Notes under the pieces: model-generated | What the model saw: the letters and a program-made list of their open reading frames with translations, nothing else | Told to the model about the DNA's origin: nothing | The model's database searches: none | Origin: Vitrella brassicaformis CCMP3155 | Lineage: Eukaryota > Protista > Chromerida | DNA: 28,274 nucleotides | Assembly (NCBI GenBank): GCA_001179505.1 | Contig: CDMY01000711.1 | Coordinates: forward strand, 1 to 28,274 | Direction: 5' to 3' | Translations under genes and position numbers: made by a program | Shown: one piece after another, positions 10,397-21,134 of the stretch | How the letters are laid out: every line of letters starts with the position of its first letter | How positions within the stretch are numbered: position 1 is the stretch's first letter

Positions 10397-13300
10397 ATGC
10401 AGCCACAGAGAAAGAAACAGGTGAGAAGAGGATGGCAATCCAACCAGAAACCCGACCCGATCAGATCACATTCAGTGTCACCTTCTGTTCCCCCGCCTCT
10501 TCGCTTCGCTCAGCTTGTGGACGAGCCCCGTCGCTCGGACGAGGTCAAGCGAGTCCATTTGTCAGACGCCACCGAGAGGAAGAAGGCCCCCGAGAAGCCA
10601 GCTGCCGACCAGCTGTCGCGAACAAGGGAGTCGGTGCCGTTTGACCATCTCTTTTACCTCCTTTGGCGCCGCAACGAGGCTCAAGGGTTCAGCAGCTGCC
10701 CTCACATCTATGTACCCGACACCATCGTATACCACTGGGTGAGTATATATGATGCGTCACGACCCGACCACCCGCTTCTGAACAAAGGAAAGGTGCTTGT
10801 CCGGCATCTCTCTCTCTCTCTCTTTCTTTCTTTGTGCCAGGCTCAGCCACACGCAATGTACTCATGTGTGTCAGAGGGCCAGATGCAGCGCACCAAGCGC
10901 GAGAAGATCAGCAACTGGATCATCTACCAGGCCCTCTGCAAGCGGCCGGCCCCCTGCGGCGTCGTCGCCATGTACACCGAAGTCAAAGTCCGCGACCGCA
11001 GCAGCACCGAGGAGGAGCCGCAGACCAGAGGCGTCACCGAGTACTTCGACAAGGCCCAGCTGGCCTACTTCCTCAACTATCGGCCCAAGAGCCATCTGGG
11101 CCTCCTGCAGAAGTTCGTGGAGAACAAGGAGGAGAGGTGCCGGACCTACAAGGTCACCTGGTCCCCCAATTGTGTGTGGATGGAGGTCTGCACGAACGTC
11201 TTCCGTCTCAACGACCATACCATTCCCCTGATGGACCGGCTGGTCACTGTGGAAGGCGCGCAGCACCTGGTGGAGACGACCAACGTCCGGTCGCCGTCGA
11301 TTGTCCGCCGGCTGGGAACGGCGTGCGACGCCATGGTGGAGCACTTTGCTGCCGTGACCAACTTTACCCAGCGGCTGCTGAGGATGGTCATTTACTTCCG
11401 CATCGACCCCTCCGAGCGGCTCTGGCTCCTTTTCGCCTCTTCCCTCCACTTCGGTGCGTCCTTCGCCACCCTGTTCCCTCTCACCTGCAGCACCCCCCGG
11501 CCCTCACGTGTGCCCCTCTATCTGCGCGAGCTGGCATCGATGGTGGAATACCTCGCCGGGGTGCGGGAGAAAGAAGAAAAAGAGGAGAAAGCCGCACGAG
11601 CTGAGACAGAGAGAACGGGGGCGGAGCCAGGCGGACCAGCACCCAAGTTCGCTCTCGACATTGACGTGCTGTATGCCGCCGAGCACACAGCCGAGGGCCG
11701 TCGCGAGCCGGTGCCGACGTTCATGCGTGAGCGGCGGCAGTCGGTCGTGTCTCAGGTGTCCCGGGCTAGCGACTTCTCTGCGGCGAGGTCGGCCGACTCG
11801 CAGAGACGGCGCGAAAGGCTGCTGGAGAAGCTTGTCGTGAAGAAGTTCCCTCCAGCCATGACGCTCGAGTTGGCGGAGGAGGCGCTCGCTCAGGGGTCCA
11901 CATTCATGCTCGGTCAATACACACATCAACACCACTTTGCCCGTGTCTCATGGATGGATGGATGGATGGATGCAGGTGTGCCTCAGAGTCGAATGTTGCC
12001 GATGTCGACATCGTCCTCGGTGCCCTCCCTCCGGCCCACCCACATACTGCCGGCAGAGGTGGCCAACAAGGCCAGGACGGGTGCGAGGCGCGGCACATCC
12101 ACCGCGGCGTACATAGAGTCCCAGGGCAGACAGCGGTGCCCCTCCTGTCTCCTGGAAGTCCCAAGACGGTGCTTCTGCCCTGTCGAGTTGCACGCAATCA
12201 TCGACTACTACGGGTAGGACCAAAGACCCAGAGACACGCTTACAGAGAGGGATATTCCGGCTCGTATGTCGGCGGTCAGGTTGGATTTCTCGTTCGTTCC
12301 CACGGACGCCCTGCGCCCCCCCTCCCCCCCGTCAAGGAGCTCCCATCAGGCGCCAGCCTCCCTGCCCTTCATGAACCCCTTCCAGCTCCTCACCAACAGC
12401 AAATCGGAGGGCTTCATCCGACCCCTCACCGCACAGTCCTCCAGGGCCGCCAGCAGGAGGACCTCCCGCACCACATACACCACGGACAAGGCGGGTGGCC
12501 GGTTTGTGAGTCGGCCTGCGACTGCTGATGCCATTGGGAAGGGGGCTGTGGGCGGGGCCAGGCTGGCCATGGCCACTCCTTCTGTGCCGGTGCGGATCGA
12601 ACCTGTTGTTTGCCGGACGCCGCAGGAGACCATTGAGAGGGTCGGTCAATGAAATGGATGGATGGGCGGAGGAGAGTCTGGTTGCACCAACCAGATCAGC
12701 ATTTGTCGTGTGTGGTGTATGGCTTTTGTGTGGATGGTCGGTGGTCGCGTAGCTGTGCGACGCTATAGGTCTCGACAAGCTGTCCATTCCTTCACTCGAG
12801 AAGACGGGACACACACTGGGTGAGAGGGAGGGAGGGAGGGAGCACCGGGCCAGAAATGGAGGAGAAGATGGATTGCCCCGATTTACATATCTCTTTCTGC
12901 AGGCCGCATCGGCACTGCCCGTCTGGTGGAGGGCATGCAGGCTCTGCGGAACGCCGCCAAAGACTCATTCCACAAAGCCAAGATGCAGGTAGGTCAGTCC
13001 GTCACCTGAACCCAGCCCCGCACACCCACACCACAGAGGCCATTTCTCAATGACATCCTGACTGTCAGGGGGAGAGCATGTCTTACCTGCACGGTTTGAA
13101 GAACCTGTTGGCGGACAAGGAGGTGTCGTATCTGATCCCGCAGGTGGTGCAGTCGGCATTCCCCACCATGTCCATCGACCAGTTCGTCGTCTGCTGCCAG
13201 GACCCTGCCTTCAGATATAGCAGCGTCAAGGCAAGCAAGCCTACCACCAGCCATCGTTGCTCATCAACTGTGGATTCGTCAATCGTCAGATCTGCGAGGA

Positions 13301-13428
13301 CTGCTTCCTTCGGTTCACTCGTCGGCTGCACGTGCCGCAGATGACGTGGAAGGTCGAACGAGACCCTTCACCAGCACTCGACAAAGACAAAGACAAAGAG
13401 GGGTGAGTCGCCAGACACCGCAGGCTGA

Positions 13429-13464
<36 letters not shown>

Positions 13465-14676
13465 CGGGGAGAGAGATCCCTTTATCTCTGTGTCTTTGGT
13501 GCAGGGGTGGTGTGCGGAGTCGGTACGCCTCCCTGCCCGTGTACCGCGGCTACGACTGGTGGCTCAAGGCCTACGCCGAGTACAACGCATTCAAATACCG
13601 CCCCAACGCAAACGAGCTCATCACCGCACTCCCTGACGACCAGTGAGTGACCAACACCACCTGCACGCACCACAAAAAAAACTCTTCTGAACTCTTTATC
13701 TGTGCAGCATTGTGGAGCAAGAGGAACACGAGAGAGAGCTTCGGCTGCTGACAACCCTCCAGGCCATCGAGCACACCATCGACCAGGCCGAGCAGCGACA
13801 GCCATCCCCAGAGACGCTTCCCGACACAGCACCGCTGCCCCTCGCAAGGCGGCTGCCTTCTCACGACTCATCCCTCGCCCCCTCACCTGTTGGGCGAGAA
13901 GGTCGGCCGTCGCACGAGGACGTCTTCTCGCCCGACACCAAAAAGAAGCACATCCATTTCGGCCGGGTGGAGACGTCTTCCCCCAAGCAGCGGCGGCCCA
14001 GCGGTGTCAAGCGGCTGAGCTTTGAGAGATTTCGCCGCACAGACAGCAAGGCGTGGATGATGGCTTTGCCGCCACGGACCATCCGGTTCCAGCCGGAGGA
14101 CTGTGTCTCCTCCGCTCTCAGGTGAGGCAAGCCAACCAGACTCAGCACGATCTTTCGCCTGTTCCATCGTGTGTGTGGGCGCGTGTGTGTGTGTGCAGGA
14201 CCTATATGATAGAGAAAGGCGGTCGCAAGGGCTCCATGACGTTCGATGAGGAGGTGACGGTGCCGTCGGCTCTGCAGTGTCGGGTGAGGGCCTCGCCGGG
14301 TCAGGTGGGGGGCGGTGTTGTGTACAGAGACGCGACCGTCACGCAGGAGGAGGAGTGCAGAAGGGAATCAATACGTAAGGAAACCTCCCCTCACCCTTTG
14401 CCCCATTCTATGGATGGCAACCAACATCTCCCACCTTTCGCTCGCTTTCCTGCAGGCCGCCATTCCTCCCAGCCGCTACTGCATGGTGGTGGTGCCCCAG
14501 CCCCCCGCAAACAGCCCCATCATCGCGACGTTAAGAAAGGCGAGACAGCTCAACCGCTGACGCTAGCGAAGCGTCGCCAGCTGACCCAGTCGGTGTTGGG
14601 TGCGGACCAGCGGAGATGTGTGCCCGTCAGACCGACGACGTCTAGGCGGTGGTTGACATGGAGATTGCGAGTGTGA
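10397..14676 (+). CDS. Large hypothetical protein: N-terminal folded domain (possibly degenerate ATP-grasp-like), separated CxxC/CxxC pair, low-complexity basic tail
   Basis: ATG 10397, introns 10421-10513, 10739-10840, 11913-11975 and others give a continuous frame with strong C/G-ending codon bias. Motifs GLLQKFVE, MVIYFRIDPSERLWLL, CPSC (12137-12148), IPQVVQSAFP...DPAFRYSSVK|ICEDCFLRF. 3' end less certain (TGA 14674-14676). Confidence 0.75.
13231..13289 (+). other. Probable GC-AG intron (59 nt)
   Basis: Donor AAG|GCAAGC, acceptor TCGTCAG|ATC; splicing yields FRYSSVK|ICEDC in frame. Confidence 0.65.
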
Positions 14677-15099
14677 TTTCCCATTTCATGTGACGAGATC
14701 AGCGAGATCACTTATAGGGTTTATGGTTCAGTGGTAGTGGATCGGTCATGTGGCTGAGGGTTGCGGAGGTCATTGGAATGTTTTTTTTGCAGTCACCGGG
14801 GTCTCATCTCATTGGCACGTCTGTGTGTCGTGTCGACGTGACTGACTGTCCCCTTCCACACGTGCACACATGTAGCCAGACAGACAGACAGACAGCTATG
14901 CTGACAAAGAGACAGGGAGGCAGGCACACAGACGGAGGGAGGGAGGGAGGAAGAGACATCGCCTACCTCTACTAGTTAGCTGTACAGACGAGACGTGCCA
15001 CGCGACAATTGCTGAACACCATGATCTCACCGTAGCTCTCCCGCTCACCCACACGGAGAAAGAAAGCCACACTCAATCACACATACACACAGACATAAC

Positions 15100-16130
15100 A
15101 TGCAGGCTCCCTCGCAGCACACACATGACATTCGCCGTCGTACCGTGGTACTCTTTTTGGTCTGGCTGAATAAATCAAGCGCCGCACGCATCTATCAATC
15201 AACCAACGGCAAGAAGAACCCTCTCTGTACAACCCCGTCACGGAGAGACCCATTCTCTCTCTCTCTCTCTGTGGTGTCTTGCCATGTCATGTCATGTGTG
15301 TGGATAAATATACACCAGCCACACTGCATTGCATGCTTGTCTGTCTGTGTCGCGCGTCACGTGAAAAACACACACCAGACGTCAGACAGCACACCACCTC
15401 CATTTCCCCNNNNNNNNNNNNNNNNNNNNNNNNNNNNNNNNNNNNNNNNNNNNNNNNNNNNNNNNNNNNNNNNNNNNNNNNNNNNNNNNNNNNNNNNNNN
15501 NNNNNNNNNNNNNNNNNNNNNNNNNNNNNNNNNNNNNNNNNNNNNNNNNNNNNNNNNNNNNNNNNNNNNNNNNNNNNNNNNNNNNNNNNNNNNNNNNNNN
15601 NNNNNNNNNNNNNNNNNNNNNNNNNNNNNNNNNNNNNNNNNNNNNNNNNNNNNNNNNNNNNNNNNNNNNNNNNNNNNNNNNNNNNNNNNNNNNNNNNNNN
15701 NNNNNNNNNCCCTGGCCGTCTGGCTGTGGTCGCTGATGCAGCAGCTGCCCATGAGGTACTGCCCCTGCCGCTCGAAAACAAGAGCAGGGGAGATCCTGAA
15801 GTACAGCAACTCGACCAGCGGAACACAGTCACGACAGCGTCCAACACAAGATCCTACTGGCTGACTTACGTAAGGAGAGAGAAGGCAAAACGCCAACAGT
15901 CTCAGCAGGTGTCCCGTCGATCGGCTGACGCAAACATTCCCTGTCGACCACCCCACTGCCACGGTAGCACCGCCTCCAGGAGCTCAAAAGGGGATGCTGG
16001 CATGGCCTGGAGCTGGTCGACAGCAAATGTTGGCAGAGACAAATCAACCACACTCCAGGATGGGACAGGCAAGGACGCACGAGAATTGACTCTCCGAGAA
16101 AAAGGGCAGTCAGCCGCCCGCTTTTCACCG
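15100..16130 (+). CDS. Possible small multi-exon gene interrupted by a gap
   Basis: Exon-like segment 15710-15869 ending at TAC|GTAAGG, downstream acceptor CAGCAG|GTG near 15908, intron-like TC/TG tracts at 15255-15315. Frame and product unresolved. Confidence 0.25.
15410..15709. other. Assembly gap (300 N)
   Basis: Run of exactly 300 N flanked by C runs. Confidence 0.99.
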
Positions 16131-16583
16131 CATCGACGATGGAACAAAAAGCAAAAGAGGGAGGCCTCTCTGTCGCCATGTGCTGCTCTCATCCACACAT
16201 GGACACGAATCCATGCACACTCGTGTCGTGAGCAAAACAGATGGATCGACGGACGGACGGCCAATCGCATCGCATCGCCGCCCCACAGCCTCTTCTCTCG
16301 GCCCTCTGCTCTCTTCCTACAGAGCGAGCAAACCGCTAATTCGCACTCGATGGCCCTCGGTGCTCTCAGTGGATGTATCCGTCACAGCACTTAAAAACTC
16401 AAAAGCCATCCCCACACGGCACACACGGCACGCAGAAGGGGTGTCGGGCCATCCACGCAGACACACGCACGCTCAGAGAGAGAGAGAGAGAGCAGCAGCA
16501 GCAAAACCGCATGCAGCATGCAGCAACCGACTCTACTGGTGGGCGGGGAGGGAGGGGGTGTTGCGGAGGGAGAAATCCCTCCA

Positions 16584-17649
16584 TCACGCCTTGTTAAGCC
16601 ACTTGGGGAAGAGGGCGATGGCCGAGGGGTTCTCCTTCTTGCGGCCCGTGTACAGATCCAGCTTCGCCTTCAACTCGGGGATCTTCGACGGACCTGCACA
16701 CCACACAACCACACAACACACAACACACACAAGATACCAACTGCAGCAGGCAGATCTATGCGCGGCCAGGTCCCTGTGTCACTCACTGACCGCAAGGGAA
16801 TTCCTCGACTCTTCCCGCCGCCCCGGCGTACATCTGCACGTAAGGCAGCGCCCTCACGCCCAGCTCCTTCTGCACGTACTCCCTGTTGTCGTCGAAGTCC
16901 ATGACGGCGAAGAGGGCAGGCTTGGCCTGCTTGTCGGCGCTGCCGTCCTCCTCGTCAGACCCGCCCTGGGTGTACTGGTCAGCTACCTGAGGACCACACC
17001 ATCACACACACACACACACATAGGTGGACGCCTCGGGGTGTGTGTGTGTGCGTGACTCACTGACCTCTTTAAATAAGACGTCCTGCTTCGCACACGAGTG
17101 GCACCACTTGGCTTGGACGCACAGGACAACCACCTTGTTGTTGTGCCTGGTGAGACACACACACACACACATCAGAGAGACAACAAGACATCGAGCTATC
17201 CATGCGGCTGCCAGCCCGCCAACAGATGCGTCCTCGCCCCCGCTCTGCCGCGCCCTCACTCACTCTTGCAGGAAGTCCTCAAGCTCATCACCGCTACGCA
17301 GGCGAAAAATCCTGTTGTCACTGTCGCCAACCGGCACTGGCGTCACGGGACTCTGAAGAGCTGAGAGTGTCGTCGCGCCCCTACTGGACCGCTCCCGCAG
17401 CCTCGCTAGTGGGGTGGCAGACGACAGGAAGGCTGCTGGTGGTGAGCCGGATCTGCTGCTGCTGTCGAGGACGAGAGAGTGAGTGGACGGGCAGCAGCAT
17501 GTGGCGACGAGCACGACGAGGCAAAGGTGGTGTCTGCGGGATGGGAGGAGGCGTGACGCCTTCCTCCTTGTGTCTGGCGCTGCTGTGTGGTGCGGGGAAG
17601 GGCGGCGGACAAGCATCGGAGGTGCCGAGCGGGAAGACGCCGCGTCCAT
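16584..17649 (-). CDS. Thioredoxin-like protein, ACHT/Lilium-like, atypical WCHSC active site, probable bipartite plastid-targeting leader
   Basis: Exons 17649-17264, 17146-17065, 16986-16791, 16693-16584 splice to ...LEDFLQEHNNKVVVLCVQAKWCHSCAKQDVLFKEVADQY...FAVMDFDDNREYVQKELGVRALPYVQMYAGAAGRVEEFPCGPSKIPELKAKL...WLNKA*. Start could alternatively be the ATG at 17616. Confidence 0.85.
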
Positions 17650-17978
17650 TGGGAAGATGCGGAGAGAGAGAGTAATCAGCGATGCCCAGGACACCTCAGC
17701 AATGCCTGCCCGGCGGAATTGCGCCTCACTTCCCCCACGCGGTGAGCTCGCAAGTGAAGTGTTCCCCGAAGGGGAGAACGACAAAGAGATGGCGTCAGAG
17801 GAGTGTAGAGCCTGCTGAAGTCCCGAAGCAGCGGTTCGACTCATAGCTTTGCCGACGGTGGATGACAGTGGTGGTGTTCAGGTGAGCAAGGCCAGGCAAG
17901 GCACGTGAATCAGCACGTGAATCATGGCGCAATCATCATTTGCATGGGCTATCTATGTGTTTTGTGCAGATCGGCGCA

Positions 17979-19782
17979 ATGGGGATGCAGCAGCAACAGG
18001 CGATGCTGGCGCAGTTAGAGGCCTACCTCGTCCATCAGCAGAAGGTAGCCAAGCACAACACACTCACCCGGCCCGCTCATCCATCCATCCATCCATCCAT
18101 CCATGTCGCCCATCGGTTTTTCGGCTGCTTGTGTTGCTTGTGTGTGTTTGGTGTGCAGGTCAACAGTGGCATCGACCAGCTCCTACAGAGCAACACTGCT
18201 GCAGTTACCACACATGGTGCGGCCAGACTGCCAACCACAGCACACAGCGGCCGCTGTGTGTCATGGTCTCTCGTGTGCCTCGTTCGTTCGTCAGATGGTG
18301 GCCAAGGTGACTCGCCTTGCGGCGGCTGCATCGGCCTGTCTGGCCCAGCTGGCGGATAGCATCGCACTCACAAGACATACGCCTAGACAGGTGAGTGAGA
18401 GACCACACAATGACATACACACAAATATACCCACACACACGCACACACACGGCTGCGTGTGTCGTCCGTGTCATCAGGATGACCTGACTGACATTCCCCC
18501 CGACGCCATGATGACCATCATCGAACTGTCTGACGTCACCAGCATCGCCCGCCTCAAAGCCATAGCCCGCCACTTCAGAAACGCCCTGCGGCCCATCAGC
18601 CGCAATATTCGGCTGCGGAAGGCCATCGAGCGGGCGGGGGTGGGCGGTGTGGTGCAGTTCGACGGTCAGCTGAGCCACGGCGATGTGTTGAAGGCCATGT
18701 GGGTGATGGAGGAGGGGGGCGAGGGCGGCTGGGGGGAGGCGGCGGACACACTCAGACTCTCCGAGCATCTCGGCTATTGCCAGCTGCCGGTCACTGTGGG
18801 CGCCGGAGATCTGCAGACACACCCCACCAAGGCGGTAAGCACCACACACAGAAGAGGCAATGGGTGAGCTGCTGGATGTGTGTGTGTGTGTGGTCTTCAT
18901 TCAGGACTTCTTGTCGCTGCCCCGTTTCTGTGCGCAGTGGATGCTCGTCGGCCGCCGTGTGGCCCTCCGTCGCCCCAACGGCCAGCATGACGGCACACTC
19001 GAGCTGTTCCGCCACAACCGTGAAATTCGCGCCATCCGCAATGGGCCCAACTTCGCCATCGTCATCAACCCGCCCCTCCCCCACCCCACCCGCCCCATCC
19101 ATCCCTTCTCACAGCACCCCTTCCAGCAACACGCCAAGCCCCACGACCCGCCAGCCCGCTGCCGCATTGGGTGGCAGAATGGTGTGGGCTGGACGACGGT
19201 CGGTGCCAACCATAGGCAGGTTAAAGCATCAGCGAGTTCCCTTCTGAAGCAGCGGATGCTGCTTCACCGGAGGACGGCTGTGGGCGGCATCTCCAACTCG
19301 CCAACGGTGGTGGTAGACCGGTGAGTGAATGACGATGGATGGCACGCCTCGCTATGTGTCAAACGTGTGTGCATGTCAGGCGCGTGCGTGGTGGTTATTT
19401 GGATCGCATCGTGACCCAATTTCCTGACACGCCCCTCGACGGATGCTCAGATGTGGTGGCATATGAGATGGTCGGTGGGGGGTGTGGGCAGTCGCATGTG
19501 CTGACCTCGTCCGATGACCCCTTCATCGCATGGATTGCCTTCCGCACCCCTCCAGGCGACAACGACCAGAACGGTACGCTTGCACTTCAACAACACCGTG
19601 TGTTGTCATCGTGCTGTCGTGGTGTCTGATTCTGTGCTCATGGCTGCGTGCAGTGAGCATCATCATCCGTACCAGCGAAGCGCCAGCAGCAGGGGTGGCC
19701 AATGATCCTCCTGACGGCAACCAAGGCCCGCCGCGTCCTCGGCCCCATCGCAGCTATCGTCTTCGACGGCCAGGCACCGTAG
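17979..19782 (+). CDS. F-box-like protein of a lineage-expanded family; last exon appears frameshifted (possible pseudogene or altered C-terminus)
   Basis: Spliced product MGMQQQQ...DDLTDIPPDAMMTIIELSDVTSIARLKAIARHFR (F-box-like, exon from 18478)...LKAMWVMEEGG...HPFQQH...DRIVTQFPDTPLDGCS...LTSSDDPFIAWI. I recall these motifs from a large Vitrella hypothetical family. Codon-biased terminal frame ends at TAG 19780-19782. Confidence 0.7.
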
Positions 19783-20105
19783 ACCATGAAGGTGAGAGCC
19801 ACATACATGATGCAGAGGACCTGATGTGTGTGTGCATTGTGTGTTTGCTGGTGTGTGTTCTGCAGGCTGGCTGGATGACGTCAAGCGAGGACACACAAGT
19901 AGCTGACTGTCTGGCGGGGAGCGGGCGAGCGGAGTGGGTGTTTGGCTGCACGTCTGCGTTTCGACAAACAATGAGTGGGAATGACAGGTGCATGTATGTG
20001 AAATGTCAAAGAGATGCGCACGCACAAGAGCTCACGACCTTCGCCCATTAACAAAACAAAAACGGCAGACAGAAAACGCATGTAAAGGAGTCAGTGACAC
20101 ACGGA

Positions 20106-20126
20106 ATATAAAATGGAGGCAGCGAT
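20106..20126. promoter_or_regulatory. 21-bp recurrent motif, copy 1 (ATATAAAATGGAGGCAGCGAT on +)
   Basis: Identical to the copy at 22995; function inferred only. Confidence 0.45.
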
Positions 20127-20317
20127 AACCTGGCCCTCAAAACAATGCAGCCACCTGAAAGAAGACACGGACCCATCACCAAAAGTGTCTGCCTGTCTCC
20201 CACTAACTGTCGGGCTGACCGTTGGGTTTCTGACGAATATGCCGAGGATCATGGACGGCTCTCCAAAGAGGTGCAGGGGCACCCCACATCGCTCCTTGTA
20301 GAGGTGCGGCAACGTTG

Positions 20318-20649
20318 TCAAGGGAAACGCCAAGACCGTCCGCTGCCATAGGCCATCAATAAACTAGAACCACACACACAACACAACACAACGCATCACA
20401 CCCACGTCGCTGTCTCCGTGTCTCCCATACGTCTCACCTATGCATCTGAATGAGCGTGTTTCTGCGTAGTCGTGGGATTGACCTTGGGGTGCTGCTCATC
20501 AGGTTCCACTGACTCCTGATATCCATATAACTCCGCCCCCGTTCTGGATTGATAAATCGTCTCCAGCATGCATACCAGAAACCAGAAACCACACAAAGCA
20601 GCCAGACCAGAAACCAGCCGACATGATAAATCGTAGTCATGTCTGTCAT
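20318..20649 (-). CDS. Possible small single-TM protein, divergent member of the tandem array
   Basis: MTDMTTIYHVGWFLVWLLCVVSGFWYACWRRFINPERG...IQMH followed by donor AG|GTGAG at 20438 and acceptor near 20363; hydrophobic helix followed by a basic segment as in neighbouring genes. 3' end uncertain. Confidence 0.35.
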
Positions 20650-21134
20650 GAAGGGGGTGGGGCATCCAGCATGCAGGTATCCAGAACACACACACACACA
20701 CACTACAGCGCCGCAGCACCGCCTCGACAAGGGGGATGAGAGGATGGTTGGGAGGCACGTGATTTGTGGGGGGGCATAGAGAGGGTCTCAGAGGTGCTGT
20801 TTGTTGGATACGTGGGCGGGTGCAACAGGGGAAAGGACCACCACACACACACACACACACACACAGACAGACTCCACCAGTGATGTATGTATGTGTGTGT
20901 ATGTATGTATATATGGCTTTGAAAAAACAGCAGCAGCACAGCGATAAATGGACAAAGAAAACAGAGAAAACACACACCCTCTGGGCACTCTCATAAATGG
21001 CATAAACGGACAGACGCCGATAAAACATAAACATAAAGAAACCCGCACACACCCACACAGCACAACACATCACAATACAGCACACAAATATCACTAAACT
21101 AAGCAAGCACAGATATTTTGATATCCCCCCTCCA

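Noticed and set aside
10871-12814. Antisense and alternate-frame ORFs overlapping the large hypothetical gene (and similar ones over other genes)
   Set aside because: Shadow ORFs expected from GC-rich codon bias; no independent motifs or splice support.
14715-14731. TAGGGTTTATGGTTCAG as an interstitial telomere remnant
   Set aside because: Barely two degenerate units; compatible with chance.
20113-20301. Plus-strand ORF starting immediately after TATAAA in the recurrent motif
   Set aside because: ATG directly abuts the TATA-like sequence, the downstream peptides are not conserved among the four motif copies, and codon bias is absent.
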